NCBI GenBank assembly: GCA_903884005.1
Contig: CAISDA010000072.1
Location: forward strand, 95,522-159,521
Origin: an uncultured Ignavibacteriota bacterium
GTDB lineage: Bacteria > Bacteroidota > Ignavibacteria > UBA10030 > UBA8401
Reading direction: 5' to 3'
DNA: 64,000 bases
Under the pieces are notes generated by a model. The model was not told where the DNA came from, did not search any database, and saw nothing but the letters and a program-made list of their open reading frames with translations. The position numbers and the translations under genes are program-made. Each line of letters starts with the position of its first letter. Position 1 is the stretch's first letter. Positions 30,715 to 38,982 of this stretch are shown here, piece after piece.

Positions 30715-30963
30715 TTATTGGATTCCTTTCCGGGAACTGTCGTCCTGCTCCATCATCGCGCGGACCGGACAGAGTTCCATTGCTTTGTGAATGGATGCAA
30801 GTTCCTGCACAGTTGAAGGCTGCCGATAGACGTAACAAAATGCATCCGACGGATCGAATGTCACATTGCCCGGCGCAAAGCGCCTGCAAAGCCCGCATCC
30901 CTCGCAATGGTCGAGCGTCGAAAAACGGCCGGGCTCATTGCATCGTATTGCTTTCCTGTACAT
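30715..30963 (-). CDS. Single-cluster ferredoxin
   Basis: CEGCGLC...CP with YVYRQP, typical of monocluster ferredoxins; ATG 30963 or TTG 30987. Confidence 0.85.
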   Translation of the reverse strand: MYRKAIRCNEPGRFSTLDHCEGCGLCRRFAPGNVTFDPSDAFCYVYRQPSTVQELASIHKAMELCPVRAMMEQDDSSRKGIQ

Positions 30964-31097
30964 TAAAAACGGTTTCTTTCTCTTCAACGTGGATCAGAGT
31001 GCGATCGGTGCGGAAAAAATCTGTATCCGGACAACGGCGTGGGTGTGTCTCCCCTTTCCATTCGGATGGGGGAAGCCCCTATAATACGCATTAGTAG

Positions 31098-31113
31098 TGC
31101 AATTATTATGCCA
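31098..31113 (-). promoter_or_regulatory. Sigma54 (-24/-12) promoter for ferredoxin-hypothetical-nifJ
   Basis: Minus strand TGGCATAATAATTGCA fits TGGCAY-N5-TTGCW with exact spacing. Confidence 0.8.
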
Positions 31114-31174
31114 CTCTTTCTATTAGTAAGACTCTCATATTTTATTGAATTCCAACCATTTTACCTTTTTTGCA

Positions 31175-31220
31175 TTCCAATTTACGGGAATGCGGGCCTC
31201 ACAATCCCCAAAAATAAGAA
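31175..31220. promoter_or_regulatory. Putative activator binding site pair (UAS 1)
   Basis: TTCCAATTTACGGGAA-N14-TCCCCAAAAATAAGAA, beginning 62 bp from the sigma54 box; matches 34076-34121. Confidence 0.7.
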
Positions 31221-31251
31221 AGCCGTCCGGAAGCATCTCCGGACGGCTTTC
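31211..31251 (-). terminator. Intrinsic terminator after the cytochrome c gene
   Basis: 14-bp stem GAAAGCCGTCCGGA / TCCGGACGGCTTTC, then TTATTTTT on the minus strand. Confidence 0.85.
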
Positions 31252-31275
31252 AGTAAAACTATGCACAAAAAATGA

Positions 31276-31611
31276 TTATTTTTTCGCGGGCTTGAAGGAC
31301 GCGATCCATTTTGTGAGCAGGGCCAGATCCTCTTTGCTGCCGGCGAATTTCATCATATGTTTTTTCCCGTTCAGGTCGGATTCTTTCATCAAATACGCTC
31401 CCATTTTATCGGCGGGCAATTTCGCAACAACGCCGGTGAGGTCATTTTTTTTGGGTGCAATTTTGATGCCTGCTGCATCGAGCGTATGGCACTTGTCGCA
31501 TTTGCTGGCGACAAAAATCGCCTTGCCATCTTTTTTGGCATCTTCAGCGCGAAGATTGACAAATGCGAACAGCGCGACAGCCGCCAACACCACTGCTGTG
31601 AATTTTTTCAT
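31276..31611 (-). CDS. Small periplasmic monoheme cytochrome c
   Basis: AAGGAG RBS, signal peptide MKKFTAVV..., DGKAIF, CDKCH, distal HMMKF. Confidence 0.92.
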   Translation of the reverse strand: MKKFTAVVLAAVALFAFVNLRAEDAKKDGKAIFVASKCDKCHTLDAAGIKIAPKKNDLTGVVAKLPADKMGAYLMKESDLNGKKHMMKFAGSKEDLALLTKWIASFKPAKK

Positions 31612-31682
31612 TGTACACTCCTTGTATGATTGAGGTATTTGATTTTTTGCCGCTGCCGGGGCAGCGCGGGTACAGCAATTTT

Positions 31683-33521
31683 TTATATATCGTACGATAT
31701 TTCCCAATGCTCGGGCGATCGCCACAGCGCCGAGAGGATGAGCTGGCGCATGTAGAGAAATTCCTTCGGGAGCCTGTCGTAGAGTTTCACGAAGAGTTCC
31801 TCGTGCGAGACAATTTCTTTTTTCCACAATTCCCTGTTGACCGACTCAAGGTCGCGGAAGCGTTCCGGTGTAATGCTCTCGAGTCCGGTCCAGTCGATAT
31901 CTTCATAGCGCGGCATCCATCCCAAGGGGCTTTCGATGGCAACGCCTCTTCCCTGCGTTCGCTCGACGATCCACCGTAAGACGCGCATGTTTTCACCAAA
32001 ACCGGGCCAGAGAAATTGCCCCTGGTCATCGGTAAGGAACCAATTCACACTGAAGATGCGGGGCGGTTGAGAGACCTCGCGTCCCATCTGTAGCCAATGG
32101 TTGAAATATTCGGCCATATGATAGCCGCAGAACGGCAGCATCGCCATCGGGTCGCGGCGGACATCGCCGACAGCTCCCGCGGCGGCGGCCGTTGTTTCAG
32201 AGCCCATGGTGGCGGCAAAATAGACGCCGTAGTTCCAGTTGAATGCCTGCAGGATCAGCGGCACGGTCGTACTGCGTCGTCCGCCGAACACAAATGCGCT
32301 GATGGGAACGCCGTTCGGGTTTTCCCAGTCGGGATCGATGGTGGGATTTTGGTGCGCCGGCGCGGTGAAGCGCGAATTCGGATGGGCGGCTTTCCGTCCG
32401 CATCCGGGTGTCCAGGCTTTTCCCTGCCAGTCGGTCAGTTGTGCAGGTTCAACTTTTGTCATTCCTTCCCACCACACGTCGCCGTCCGGTGTCAGGGCCA
32501 CATTGGTGAAGATCGTATTCTTTGCGCACGAGGCCAGCGCGTTCGGATTGGATTTGTCCGATGTTCCCGGCGCGACGCCGAAGTAGCCGGCCTCGGGATT
32601 GATGGCGTACATTTTTCCATCCTTGCCGGGCTTGATCCAGGCGATGTCGTCGCCGATGGTCGTGACCTTCCAACCCGTCATTGATGCGGGGGGAATGAGC
32701 ATTGCAAAATTTGTTTTTCCGCACGCGCTGGGAAACGCGGCGGCGACATAGACCTTTTCTTTGTCGGGAGTTTCGACGCCGAGGATGAGCATATGTTCTG
32801 CGAGCCAGCCCTCATCGCGCGCCATGCTCGATGCGATCCGGAGCGCGAAGCATTTCTTCCCGAGCAGGGCATTGCCGCCGTAGCCGCTGCCATAGCTCCA
32901 TATCGAGCGCTCCTCGGGAAAATGCACGATGTATTTTTGCTCCTTGTTGCACGGCCACGACACATCCTCCTGACCCGGAGCGAGCGGCATGCCGACAGAA
33001 TGGAGACAAGGCACAAACTCTGCATCCTTGCCGAGCACATCGAGCGCCGCGCGTCCCATGCGTGTCATGATGCGCATGTTCACGACGACGTAGGGCGAGT
33101 CGGAGATTTCAACGCCGACATGTGAAATGGGAGATCCCAGCGGCCCCATGCTGAACGGTATCACATACATTGTGCGGCCTCGCATCGAGCCTTTGAACAG
33201 GTGCTGCAATGTGTCTTTCATTTCTTTGGGAGCGACCCAGTTGTTCGTCGGACCCGCGTCGTCTTTGCGCAAGCTGCAGATATAAGTGCGGTCTTCAACG
33301 CGCGCGACATCAGACGGATCGGAGAGCGCTAAAAAGCTGTTCGGCCTCGCGTCCTGGTTCAATCGAATAAACGTCCCGGATGATACCATGAGTTTGCACA
33401 GACGATCGTATTCTTCCTGGGATCCGTCACACCAGACAATCGAATCGGGCGTGCATAATTCGGCAGTGTCTCGCACCCATGATTTTAATTTTTCGTGCTG
33501 GACATACGTTGGAAATTCCAT
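31683..33521 (-). CDS. pckG: Phosphoenolpyruvate carboxykinase (GTP)
   Basis: [52 protein letters not shown]. Confidence 0.98.
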   Translation of the reverse strand: MEFPTYVQHEKLKSWVRDTAELCTPDSIVWCDGSQEEYDRLCKLMVSSGTFIRLNQDARPNSFLALSDPSDVARVEDRTYICSLRKDDAGPTNNWVAPKEMKDTLQHLFKGSMRGRTMYVIPFSMGPLGSPISHVGVEISDSPYVVVNMRIMTRMGRAALDVLGKDAEFVPCLHSVGMPLAPGQEDVSWPCNKEQKYIVHFPEERSIWSYGSGYGGNALLGKKCFALRIASSMARDEGWLAEHMLILGVETPDKEKVYVAAAFPSACGKTNFAMLIPPASMTGWKVTTIGDDIAWIKPGKDGKMYAINPEAGYFGVAPGTSDKSNPNALASCAKNTIFTNVALTPDGDVWWEGMTKVEPAQLTDWQGKAWTPGCGRKAAHPNSRFTAPAHQNPTIDPDWENPNGVPISAFVFGGRRSTTVPLILQAFNWNYGVYFAATMGSETTAAAAGAVGDVRRDPMAMLPFCGYHMAEYFNHWLQMGREVSQPPRIFSVNWFLTDDQGQFLWPGFGENMRVLRWIVERTQGRGVAIESPLGWMPRYEDIDWTGLESITPERFRDLESVNRELWKKEIVSHEELFVKLYDRLPKEFLYMRQLILSALWRSPEHWEISYDI

Positions 33522-33523
33522 AT

Positions 33524-33958
33524 TTACTCGATCCGCTTCTGTTGAGTGTGTGGTCGATCCTGCTGCAGCAGCACGCAGTCGTCGATGTGCAGTTCCTGTG
33601 CAATCGCTGCCAGGACGTGGTCTATGGGAACAGGTTTATACAGCACTTCGCGCACGATCCTTCGGATCGAACGCTCCAGTGACGGCTCTTTCTGCCTGTA
33701 CGCATAGAGTCCGATAATGGGAACAGCATTGCCCTCGCGCCGCCATCGCTGGAATTCTGCCAACAACTGGGGAACCATTTTTTCAAGATCGGCAACCACG
33801 AGCGCTATGGATGTGTCTCCGCGAGAGCGCCGCAGGTCTTCGATGCACTGTGTTGTAATAATAGAAAATTTTTCTTGCAAAAGAAACGACAGACTTTTAG
33901 TCAAGTCCCGGTCGGGCGAATGCAATAAAATTGTTTGTTGTTTTTCGGATTCAGGCAT
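33524..33958 (-). CDS. Atypical stand-alone receiver-domain protein
   Basis: REC-like pattern ([19 protein letters not shown]); acidic pocket reads HSPD; ends 2 nt before the pckG start. Confidence 0.72.
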   Translation of the reverse strand: MPESEKQQTILLHSPDRDLTKSLSFLLQEKFSIITTQCIEDLRRSRGDTSIALVVADLEKMVPQLLAEFQRWRREGNAVPIIGLYAYRQKEPSLERSIRRIVREVLYKPVPIDHVLAAIAQELHIDDCVLLQQDRPHTQQKRIE

Positions 33959-33998
33959 TTTCAAAAATTGGATCAGACATGATGTAACAAAGAACAGT

Positions 33999-34014
33999 TA
34001 CAATTTGTATGCCA
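33999..34014 (-). promoter_or_regulatory. Sigma54-like promoter for receiver-pckG-cytochrome c
   Basis: Minus strand TGGCATACAAATTGTA: correct spacing, TTGT instead of TTGC at -12. Confidence 0.65.
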
Positions 34015-34075
34015 TGTGTGTGATCCGGCGAAACGAATAAATATGGGCATATTTCAGGGGTATTGTGCGGGAAAT

Positions 34076-34121
34076 TTCTTATTTTTTGGAAAATCGGTCC
34101 CGTCATTCTTGAAATTGGAAA
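34076..34121. promoter_or_regulatory. Putative activator binding site pair (UAS 2)
   Basis: Reverse complement TTTCCAATTTCAAGAA-N14-TTCCAAAAAATAAGAA, beginning 62 bp from the sigma54-like box. Confidence 0.7.
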
Positions 34122-34183
34122 TGCGACGGGAGGCGTGCCGGGGTACCCGCCCTCGGGAAGAGGGCGGAGCATCAGGAACGTGG

Positions 34184-35569
34184 TCAGGAACGTTCTTTGG
34201 GCGTATGAAGGGAGATCTTATATTCCTCCATTTTCCGATAGAGCGTGGAGAGGCTCATGCCGAATTCTTTCGCCGCCGCTTCTTTGTCGTGAGGATAATG
34301 AGCAAGCTTTTTTTCGATGAGCTGGCGTTCGAACTGATGGACTGCATCCTTGAACGTCATTGACGACGGGATTGAAAATGCATTCGACGATGACGATGAT
34401 TGCTGAAGATCGGCGGGCAAATGGGTCTCATCGATATATTCATCGCTGCAGAAGATCATGGCTCGCTCGATGACATTCTGGAGCTCGCGGACTTGGCCCG
34501 GCCATGCATAGCGCATGAGCATGTCCATGGCCCTGTTGGTGAGCCCCTTCACATTCTTGCCCATTTGCTTCCGGAACACCTCGATGAAATGAGACACCAG
34601 CAGCGGAATATCGTCCTCCCTCTCGGCGAGCCGCGGGAGATGGATGTCGACAATATTGAGGCGGTAAAAGAGATCTTCACGGAAACGGTTATGCGCGACT
34701 TCCTCGCGCAGATTGCGGTTCGTGGCGGCAATGATGCGGACGTCGATGACGATCGGGTCGTTGCTGCCCACCGGCGTGATCTCCTTTTGTTCGAGCGCAC
34801 GGAGGAGCTTCACCTGCAATTGGAACGGCATTTCGCTGATCTCATCGAGAAGCAGCGTGCCCCCCTCGGCGACCTTGAGCATGCCGTCCTTATCGGCGAC
34901 GGCTCCGGTGAAGGCACCTTTTTTATGCCCGAAGAGTTCGCTCTCGAACAGGGTCTCGACGATGGCGCCGCAGTTGATGGCGGCAAAGCGGTTGCGGCTC
35001 CGTTTGCTGTTGTAATGGATCGCCCTGGCGACGAGTTCCTTGCCCGTGCCGCTGGCGCCGGTGATCATCACGGTGCCGTCGCTCGGTGCGACCTTTTCGA
35101 TCGTCTCGAACACCTTCTTCATGGCGGCGCTGTGGCCGATGATGTGATGGAAGTCGTACTGCCGGTTCAGTTCCTTGCGGAGCATCACGTTTTCCTGCGC
35201 GAGCGCCCGGTGCTCGAAGAGTTTTTTCACGCGCAGCAGCATGTCGTCGAACTCGATCGGCTTCAGGATATAGTCGAACGCCCCTTTCCTGAGCGCCTCG
35301 ATCGCGGTCTCGATGGAAGCGTACGCCGTAATGATGATAACGAAGGTCTGCGGAGACCGCACGGATATTTTTTCGAGCAGTTCGATGCCGCGCAGCTGGG
35401 GCATTTCTATATCCGTTATGACAAGATCGAATTCCGTGCGCGACAGCATCTCGTAGGCGACGGCGCCGTTTGCGGCTTTCGATACCTTGTAGCCTTCCTT
35501 TTCCAGGATATAGCCGATGGAGTCGCGGATGATCTCCTCGTCATCGACAACCAAGATTCGCTCATTCAT
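34184..35569 (-). CDS. Sigma54-dependent response regulator (NtrC/AtoC family)
   Basis: REC (VVDDE, TDIEMP), GASGTGKE, ESELFGHKKGAFTGA, FREDLFYRL, WPGQVREL, C-terminal HTH. Confidence 0.97.
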   Translation of the reverse strand: MNERILVVDDEEIIRDSIGYILEKEGYKVSKAANGAVAYEMLSRTEFDLVITDIEMPQLRGIELLEKISVRSPQTFVIIITAYASIETAIEALRKGAFDYILKPIEFDDMLLRVKKLFEHRALAQENVMLRKELNRQYDFHHIIGHSAAMKKVFETIEKVAPSDGTVMITGASGTGKELVARAIHYNSKRSRNRFAAINCGAIVETLFESELFGHKKGAFTGAVADKDGMLKVAEGGTLLLDEISEMPFQLQVKLLRALEQKEITPVGSNDPIVIDVRIIAATNRNLREEVAHNRFREDLFYRLNIVDIHLPRLAEREDDIPLLVSHFIEVFRKQMGKNVKGLTNRAMDMLMRYAWPGQVRELQNVIERAMIFCSDEYIDETHLPADLQQSSSSSNAFSIPSSMTFKDAVHQFERQLIEKKLAHYPHDKEAAAKEFGMSLSTLYRKMEEYKISLHTPKERS

Positions 35570-36986
35570 GGAGACTCCCTTTCAGCGGCAATGAGATTGT
35601 AAATTTTGTCCCTTGCTCCAGTTCACTAGACACTTGTATGTCACCGCCAAAATTTTTGACGATGCCCAGACTCACCCACAAGCCCAATCCTGTGCCCTTC
35701 CCGACCTCTTTGGTCGTGAAGAAGGGGTCGAATATTTTTTCCATGTCTTCCTTGGCGATCCCGCGCCCGTCGTCGCGGATCACGATCTCGATGCTCCGTT
35801 CGCTGAGCCTGCTGGTGACCCCGATCGAGTGCGCGCCGGACCCGCAGGCGTCCACCGCATTCATGAGGATGTTCAGGAAGACCTGCACCAGCTGATCGGA
35901 AACGACGGCGATATGCGGAAGCGCTTCATAGAGCTGGACCTTGAACGTGATGTTCTGCACTTTTTTGCCGTACTGCACGATGTTCAACGCGTCGCGAATG
36001 ACGTTGTTGACATCGGTCCTCTTGATCTCGTAAGCCGACGGCCGGGAAAAGTCCACCAGCTCGCGGATGATTTTCGTGATGCGGTTGATCTGATTCTTGA
36101 CAAGCTCGAGCTTCTCGCGCGCGAACTCGTCCTTCGTCGTGCGCTGTATCACCTGCACGATGGAAGAGATGGATGTGAGCGGGTTGCCCACCTCGTGCGC
36201 AATGCCTGCGGCGAGCGTGCCGAAGGTTTCCATTTTCTGCGAGCGCACCAATTGCTTTTCCAATTGTTTCTGCTCGGTGATATCGCGGTGGGCGCCGACG
36301 AATCCGATCACCGTCCGGTGCTCATCGAGGATGGGCGAGATGACGACTTCCGAATGGAAGAAGCTTCCGTCTTTCCTGCGGTTTTGCAGATGCCCGACCC
36401 ATTCCTTGCCGCCGAGGATACGCTTCCAGATTTTTGCCCAGAATTCCTTATCATGCATGCCGCTTTTAAGCAGGTTCGGATTCCGGCCGAGTAATTCCTC
36501 TTTGCTGTAGCCGCTGATGCGTTCGTAAGCAGGATTGACGTAGATGATTTTTCCGTTCGCATCGGTGATCTGGATCGGATTAACAGTATGCAGCGTCACT
36601 TCTGAAAAACGGAGCAGGTCGAGTTCGATCTTCCGCTGTTCGGATATATCCTTCACCATGACGAGAAACAGCGGCGCCTCGGCCCCCGATCCGGTGATGC
36701 GGACCATGGTAACCTCGGCAAAGACCTGATCGCCCGGCGAAAATATGAACGTCGTCCGGAATGTGCAGGCCTGTTCATCGGTCAGCAGCATGTGCGCAAA
36801 CTGCCGGTCCCCCGCATTTCCCCACGCATCATGGATCGACCGCGACTGCGATTCGGGACCGGCGATCTTCCGGCGCTTGCAGGCTGCCGGATTGCACTCC
36901 GCGACCGAACCGTCCGCAGCGATGACGATGATCGCATCGGTGTGTAGTTCGAATATTTTTTTATACATCTCGTCCGAGAGCGTCAT
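35562..36986 (-). CDS. Cytoplasmic two-PAS sensor histidine kinase
   Basis: Two PAS domains, AAGIAHEVGNPL, FFTTKEVGKGTGLGL; 8-nt overlap with the regulator. Confidence 0.95.
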   Translation of the reverse strand: MTLSDEMYKKIFELHTDAIIVIAADGSVAECNPAACKRRKIAGPESQSRSIHDAWGNAGDRQFAHMLLTDEQACTFRTTFIFSPGDQVFAEVTMVRITGSGAEAPLFLVMVKDISEQRKIELDLLRFSEVTLHTVNPIQITDANGKIIYVNPAYERISGYSKEELLGRNPNLLKSGMHDKEFWAKIWKRILGGKEWVGHLQNRRKDGSFFHSEVVISPILDEHRTVIGFVGAHRDITEQKQLEKQLVRSQKMETFGTLAAGIAHEVGNPLTSISSIVQVIQRTTKDEFAREKLELVKNQINRITKIIRELVDFSRPSAYEIKRTDVNNVIRDALNIVQYGKKVQNITFKVQLYEALPHIAVVSDQLVQVFLNILMNAVDACGSGAHSIGVTSRLSERSIEIVIRDDGRGIAKEDMEKIFDPFFTTKEVGKGTGLGLWVSLGIVKNFGGDIQVSSELEQGTKFTISLPLKGSLHE

Positions 36987-38758
36987 GCTGCTTCCTGCTC
37001 CTTGTATTGGAGCTGGTACAATTTATAATAGATGCCCCCAAGCGACAACAATTCCTGATGCGTGCCTCGTTCCCTGATCTCGCCCTTATGCATCACGATG
37101 ATCATTGTGGCCCGCTGAATGGTGGACAGACGATGCGCGATGACGATCGCGGTCCGGTTCGCGAGCAGCCGGTCGATCGCCGATTGAATGAGCTGTTCGG
37201 TCTCCGTATCGATGCTCGAGGTCGCCTCATCGAGCACGAGAATGGACGGATTGTACGCCAGGGCGCGCGCGAATGAGAGGAGCTGTTTCTGGCCCACCGA
37301 CAGTGTCGACCCGCGCTCCTTCACCTCTTCGTCATACCCATGCGGGAGTCGTTGAATGAAACCGTCGACGCCCACCATGATCGCGGCGTTACGAATCTGC
37401 TCGTCGGAGATCTGCGTGTTGCCGAGACTGATGTTGCTATTAATGTCGCCGGAGAACAGGAACACGTCCTGCAGCACGACGGCGATGTGCCGGCGAAGAT
37501 CGTCGGACGAAAGCACGTTGATATTGATGTCGTCAATGAAGATCGCGCCGCGCTGGATCTCGTAGAAGCGCGACAGGAGGCTGATGATGGTTGTCTTGCC
37601 GGCTCCCGTATGCCCGACAAAGGCGACGGTGGCACCCGGTTCGATGACGAAGGAGACATCCTTCAATACCCAATGTTCATCCGCGTACGCGAACCAGACA
37701 TTCCGGAATTCGATCTTCCCTTTCACGCCGGGAAGCGGCATGGGGTGTTCGGGCTCCTGGTGCAGCGTCGTGTCGTCCAGCAGTTTGAAGATCCGTTCGG
37801 ACGACGCCATTGCGGTCTGCATGATGTTGTATTTTTCGGACAGATCGCGTATGGGGCGCCAGAACATTTCGTTGAACTGAAGGAACGCCATCACCGTACC
37901 GATCGTGACCGTGCCTTTGAGCGCATTGCCGCCGGCATACCAGATGATCAACCCGACAGAGACGGCGCCGATGAGGTCCACACCGGGATAAAAGAGTGCA
38001 TAATACAATATTGATTTGATGTTGGCATCCCTGTGCCCGGCGTTGTGTTCGGTGAACTGCGTGTACGCCTTCTGTTCGCGGTTGAAGATCTGGTCCACGA
38101 GCATGCCGGTGATATGTTCCTGCATGAATGTATTGATGCGCGCGATGTAGAGGCGGACCTCACGGTACGCTTCGCGGGCTTTTTTCCGGAAGAGGGCCGT
38201 GCCGTAGACGAGCACGGGCAGCATGCTGAGCGACAGGAGCGCAAGGGGCCAGCTCATCGTGAACATGAACCAGACGATGCCGATGATCATGAACACATCG
38301 CTGAAGACCATGACGATGCCGGACGAGAACATTTCGTTGAGGACCTCGACATCGTTCGTGACGCGCGTGATGAGGCGCCCGATGGGATTCTTGTCGTAAA
38401 ACGGCAGCGAGAGGCGCTGCAGGTGGCTGTACATTTCCATGCGCAGGTCGAAGATGGTCTTTTGTCCGATGACCTGCGTGAGATAGGCGTTGAAATACTG
38501 CACGACACCGCGGAAGAGCAGCGTGGCAAGGAACAGCAGCGCCGTTATGAGGAGCCCGGACTTATCCTTCTGTGCGATGTTGACATCGACTGCAATTTTC
38601 GTGAAATACGGGCGGACCGCTTCGAGCGCCGAGACCAGGATGGAGAGCGCGATCGCGAGTGCGACGAGCCATTTATACGGTTTCAGATAATAGATCAGCC
38701 GCTTCATGAGCTGGGCGTCGTATGCTTTTCCGAGTATTTCTTCTTCGTGCATTGCCAT
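36983..38758 (-). CDS. ABC exporter half-transporter (MdlB-like)
   Basis: TMD plus GHTGAGKT, LSVGQKQ, LVLDEATS, IAHRLST. Confidence 0.95.
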   Translation of the reverse strand: MAMHEEEILGKAYDAQLMKRLIYYLKPYKWLVALAIALSILVSALEAVRPYFTKIAVDVNIAQKDKSGLLITALLFLATLLFRGVVQYFNAYLTQVIGQKTIFDLRMEMYSHLQRLSLPFYDKNPIGRLITRVTNDVEVLNEMFSSGIVMVFSDVFMIIGIVWFMFTMSWPLALLSLSMLPVLVYGTALFRKKAREAYREVRLYIARINTFMQEHITGMLVDQIFNREQKAYTQFTEHNAGHRDANIKSILYYALFYPGVDLIGAVSVGLIIWYAGGNALKGTVTIGTVMAFLQFNEMFWRPIRDLSEKYNIMQTAMASSERIFKLLDDTTLHQEPEHPMPLPGVKGKIEFRNVWFAYADEHWVLKDVSFVIEPGATVAFVGHTGAGKTTIISLLSRFYEIQRGAIFIDDININVLSSDDLRRHIAVVLQDVFLFSGDINSNISLGNTQISDEQIRNAAIMVGVDGFIQRLPHGYDEEVKERGSTLSVGQKQLLSFARALAYNPSILVLDEATSSIDTETEQLIQSAIDRLLANRTAIVIAHRLSTIQRATMIIVMHKGEIRERGTHQELLSLGGIYYKLYQLQYKEQEAA

Positions 38759-38785
38759 AATGACTCTGGTTCCAATAATTCGTGG

Positions 38786-38954
38786 CTACTCAGCGTACTC
38801 TATAGTCCTGTCATTCTGAGGGAGCTCGAGCGACCGAAGAATCTAAAAGAACATAAGCAACGTGGACCATGAATTAAATGCTGCCTGTATCGATCACTTT
38901 TTTAGATCCTTCGCTTCGCTCAGGATGACAATAATTTTGGTGCACACTGAGTAG
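38786..38954. mobile_element. 169-bp non-autonomous MITE/REPIN-like element with nested inverted repeats
   Basis: Outer IR CTACTCAGCGTAC / GCACACTGAGTAG; inner IR TGTCATTCTGAG...GAAGAATCTAAAA / TTTTAGATCCTTC...CTCAGGATGACA; right half repeated at 10798-10883. Confidence 0.7.
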
Positions 38955-38982
38955 TTGCAGTATTTCAATGTCGGTGCAACTG

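Noticed and set aside
31612..31827. N-terminal extension of cytochrome c in the ORF track (also extensions of nifJ, the MCP, carH, GT2, GH20 and YgiQ)
   Set aside because: Downstream ATGs fit RBS, signal peptide or family N-termini better, and some extensions overlap neighbouring genes.
34400..35602. 400-aa plus-strand ORF, and similar ones at 1594-2880, 39400-40659, 41397-42458, 42972-44261 and 60745-61743
   Set aside because: All lie antisense to well-supported genes and show no recognisable domains.
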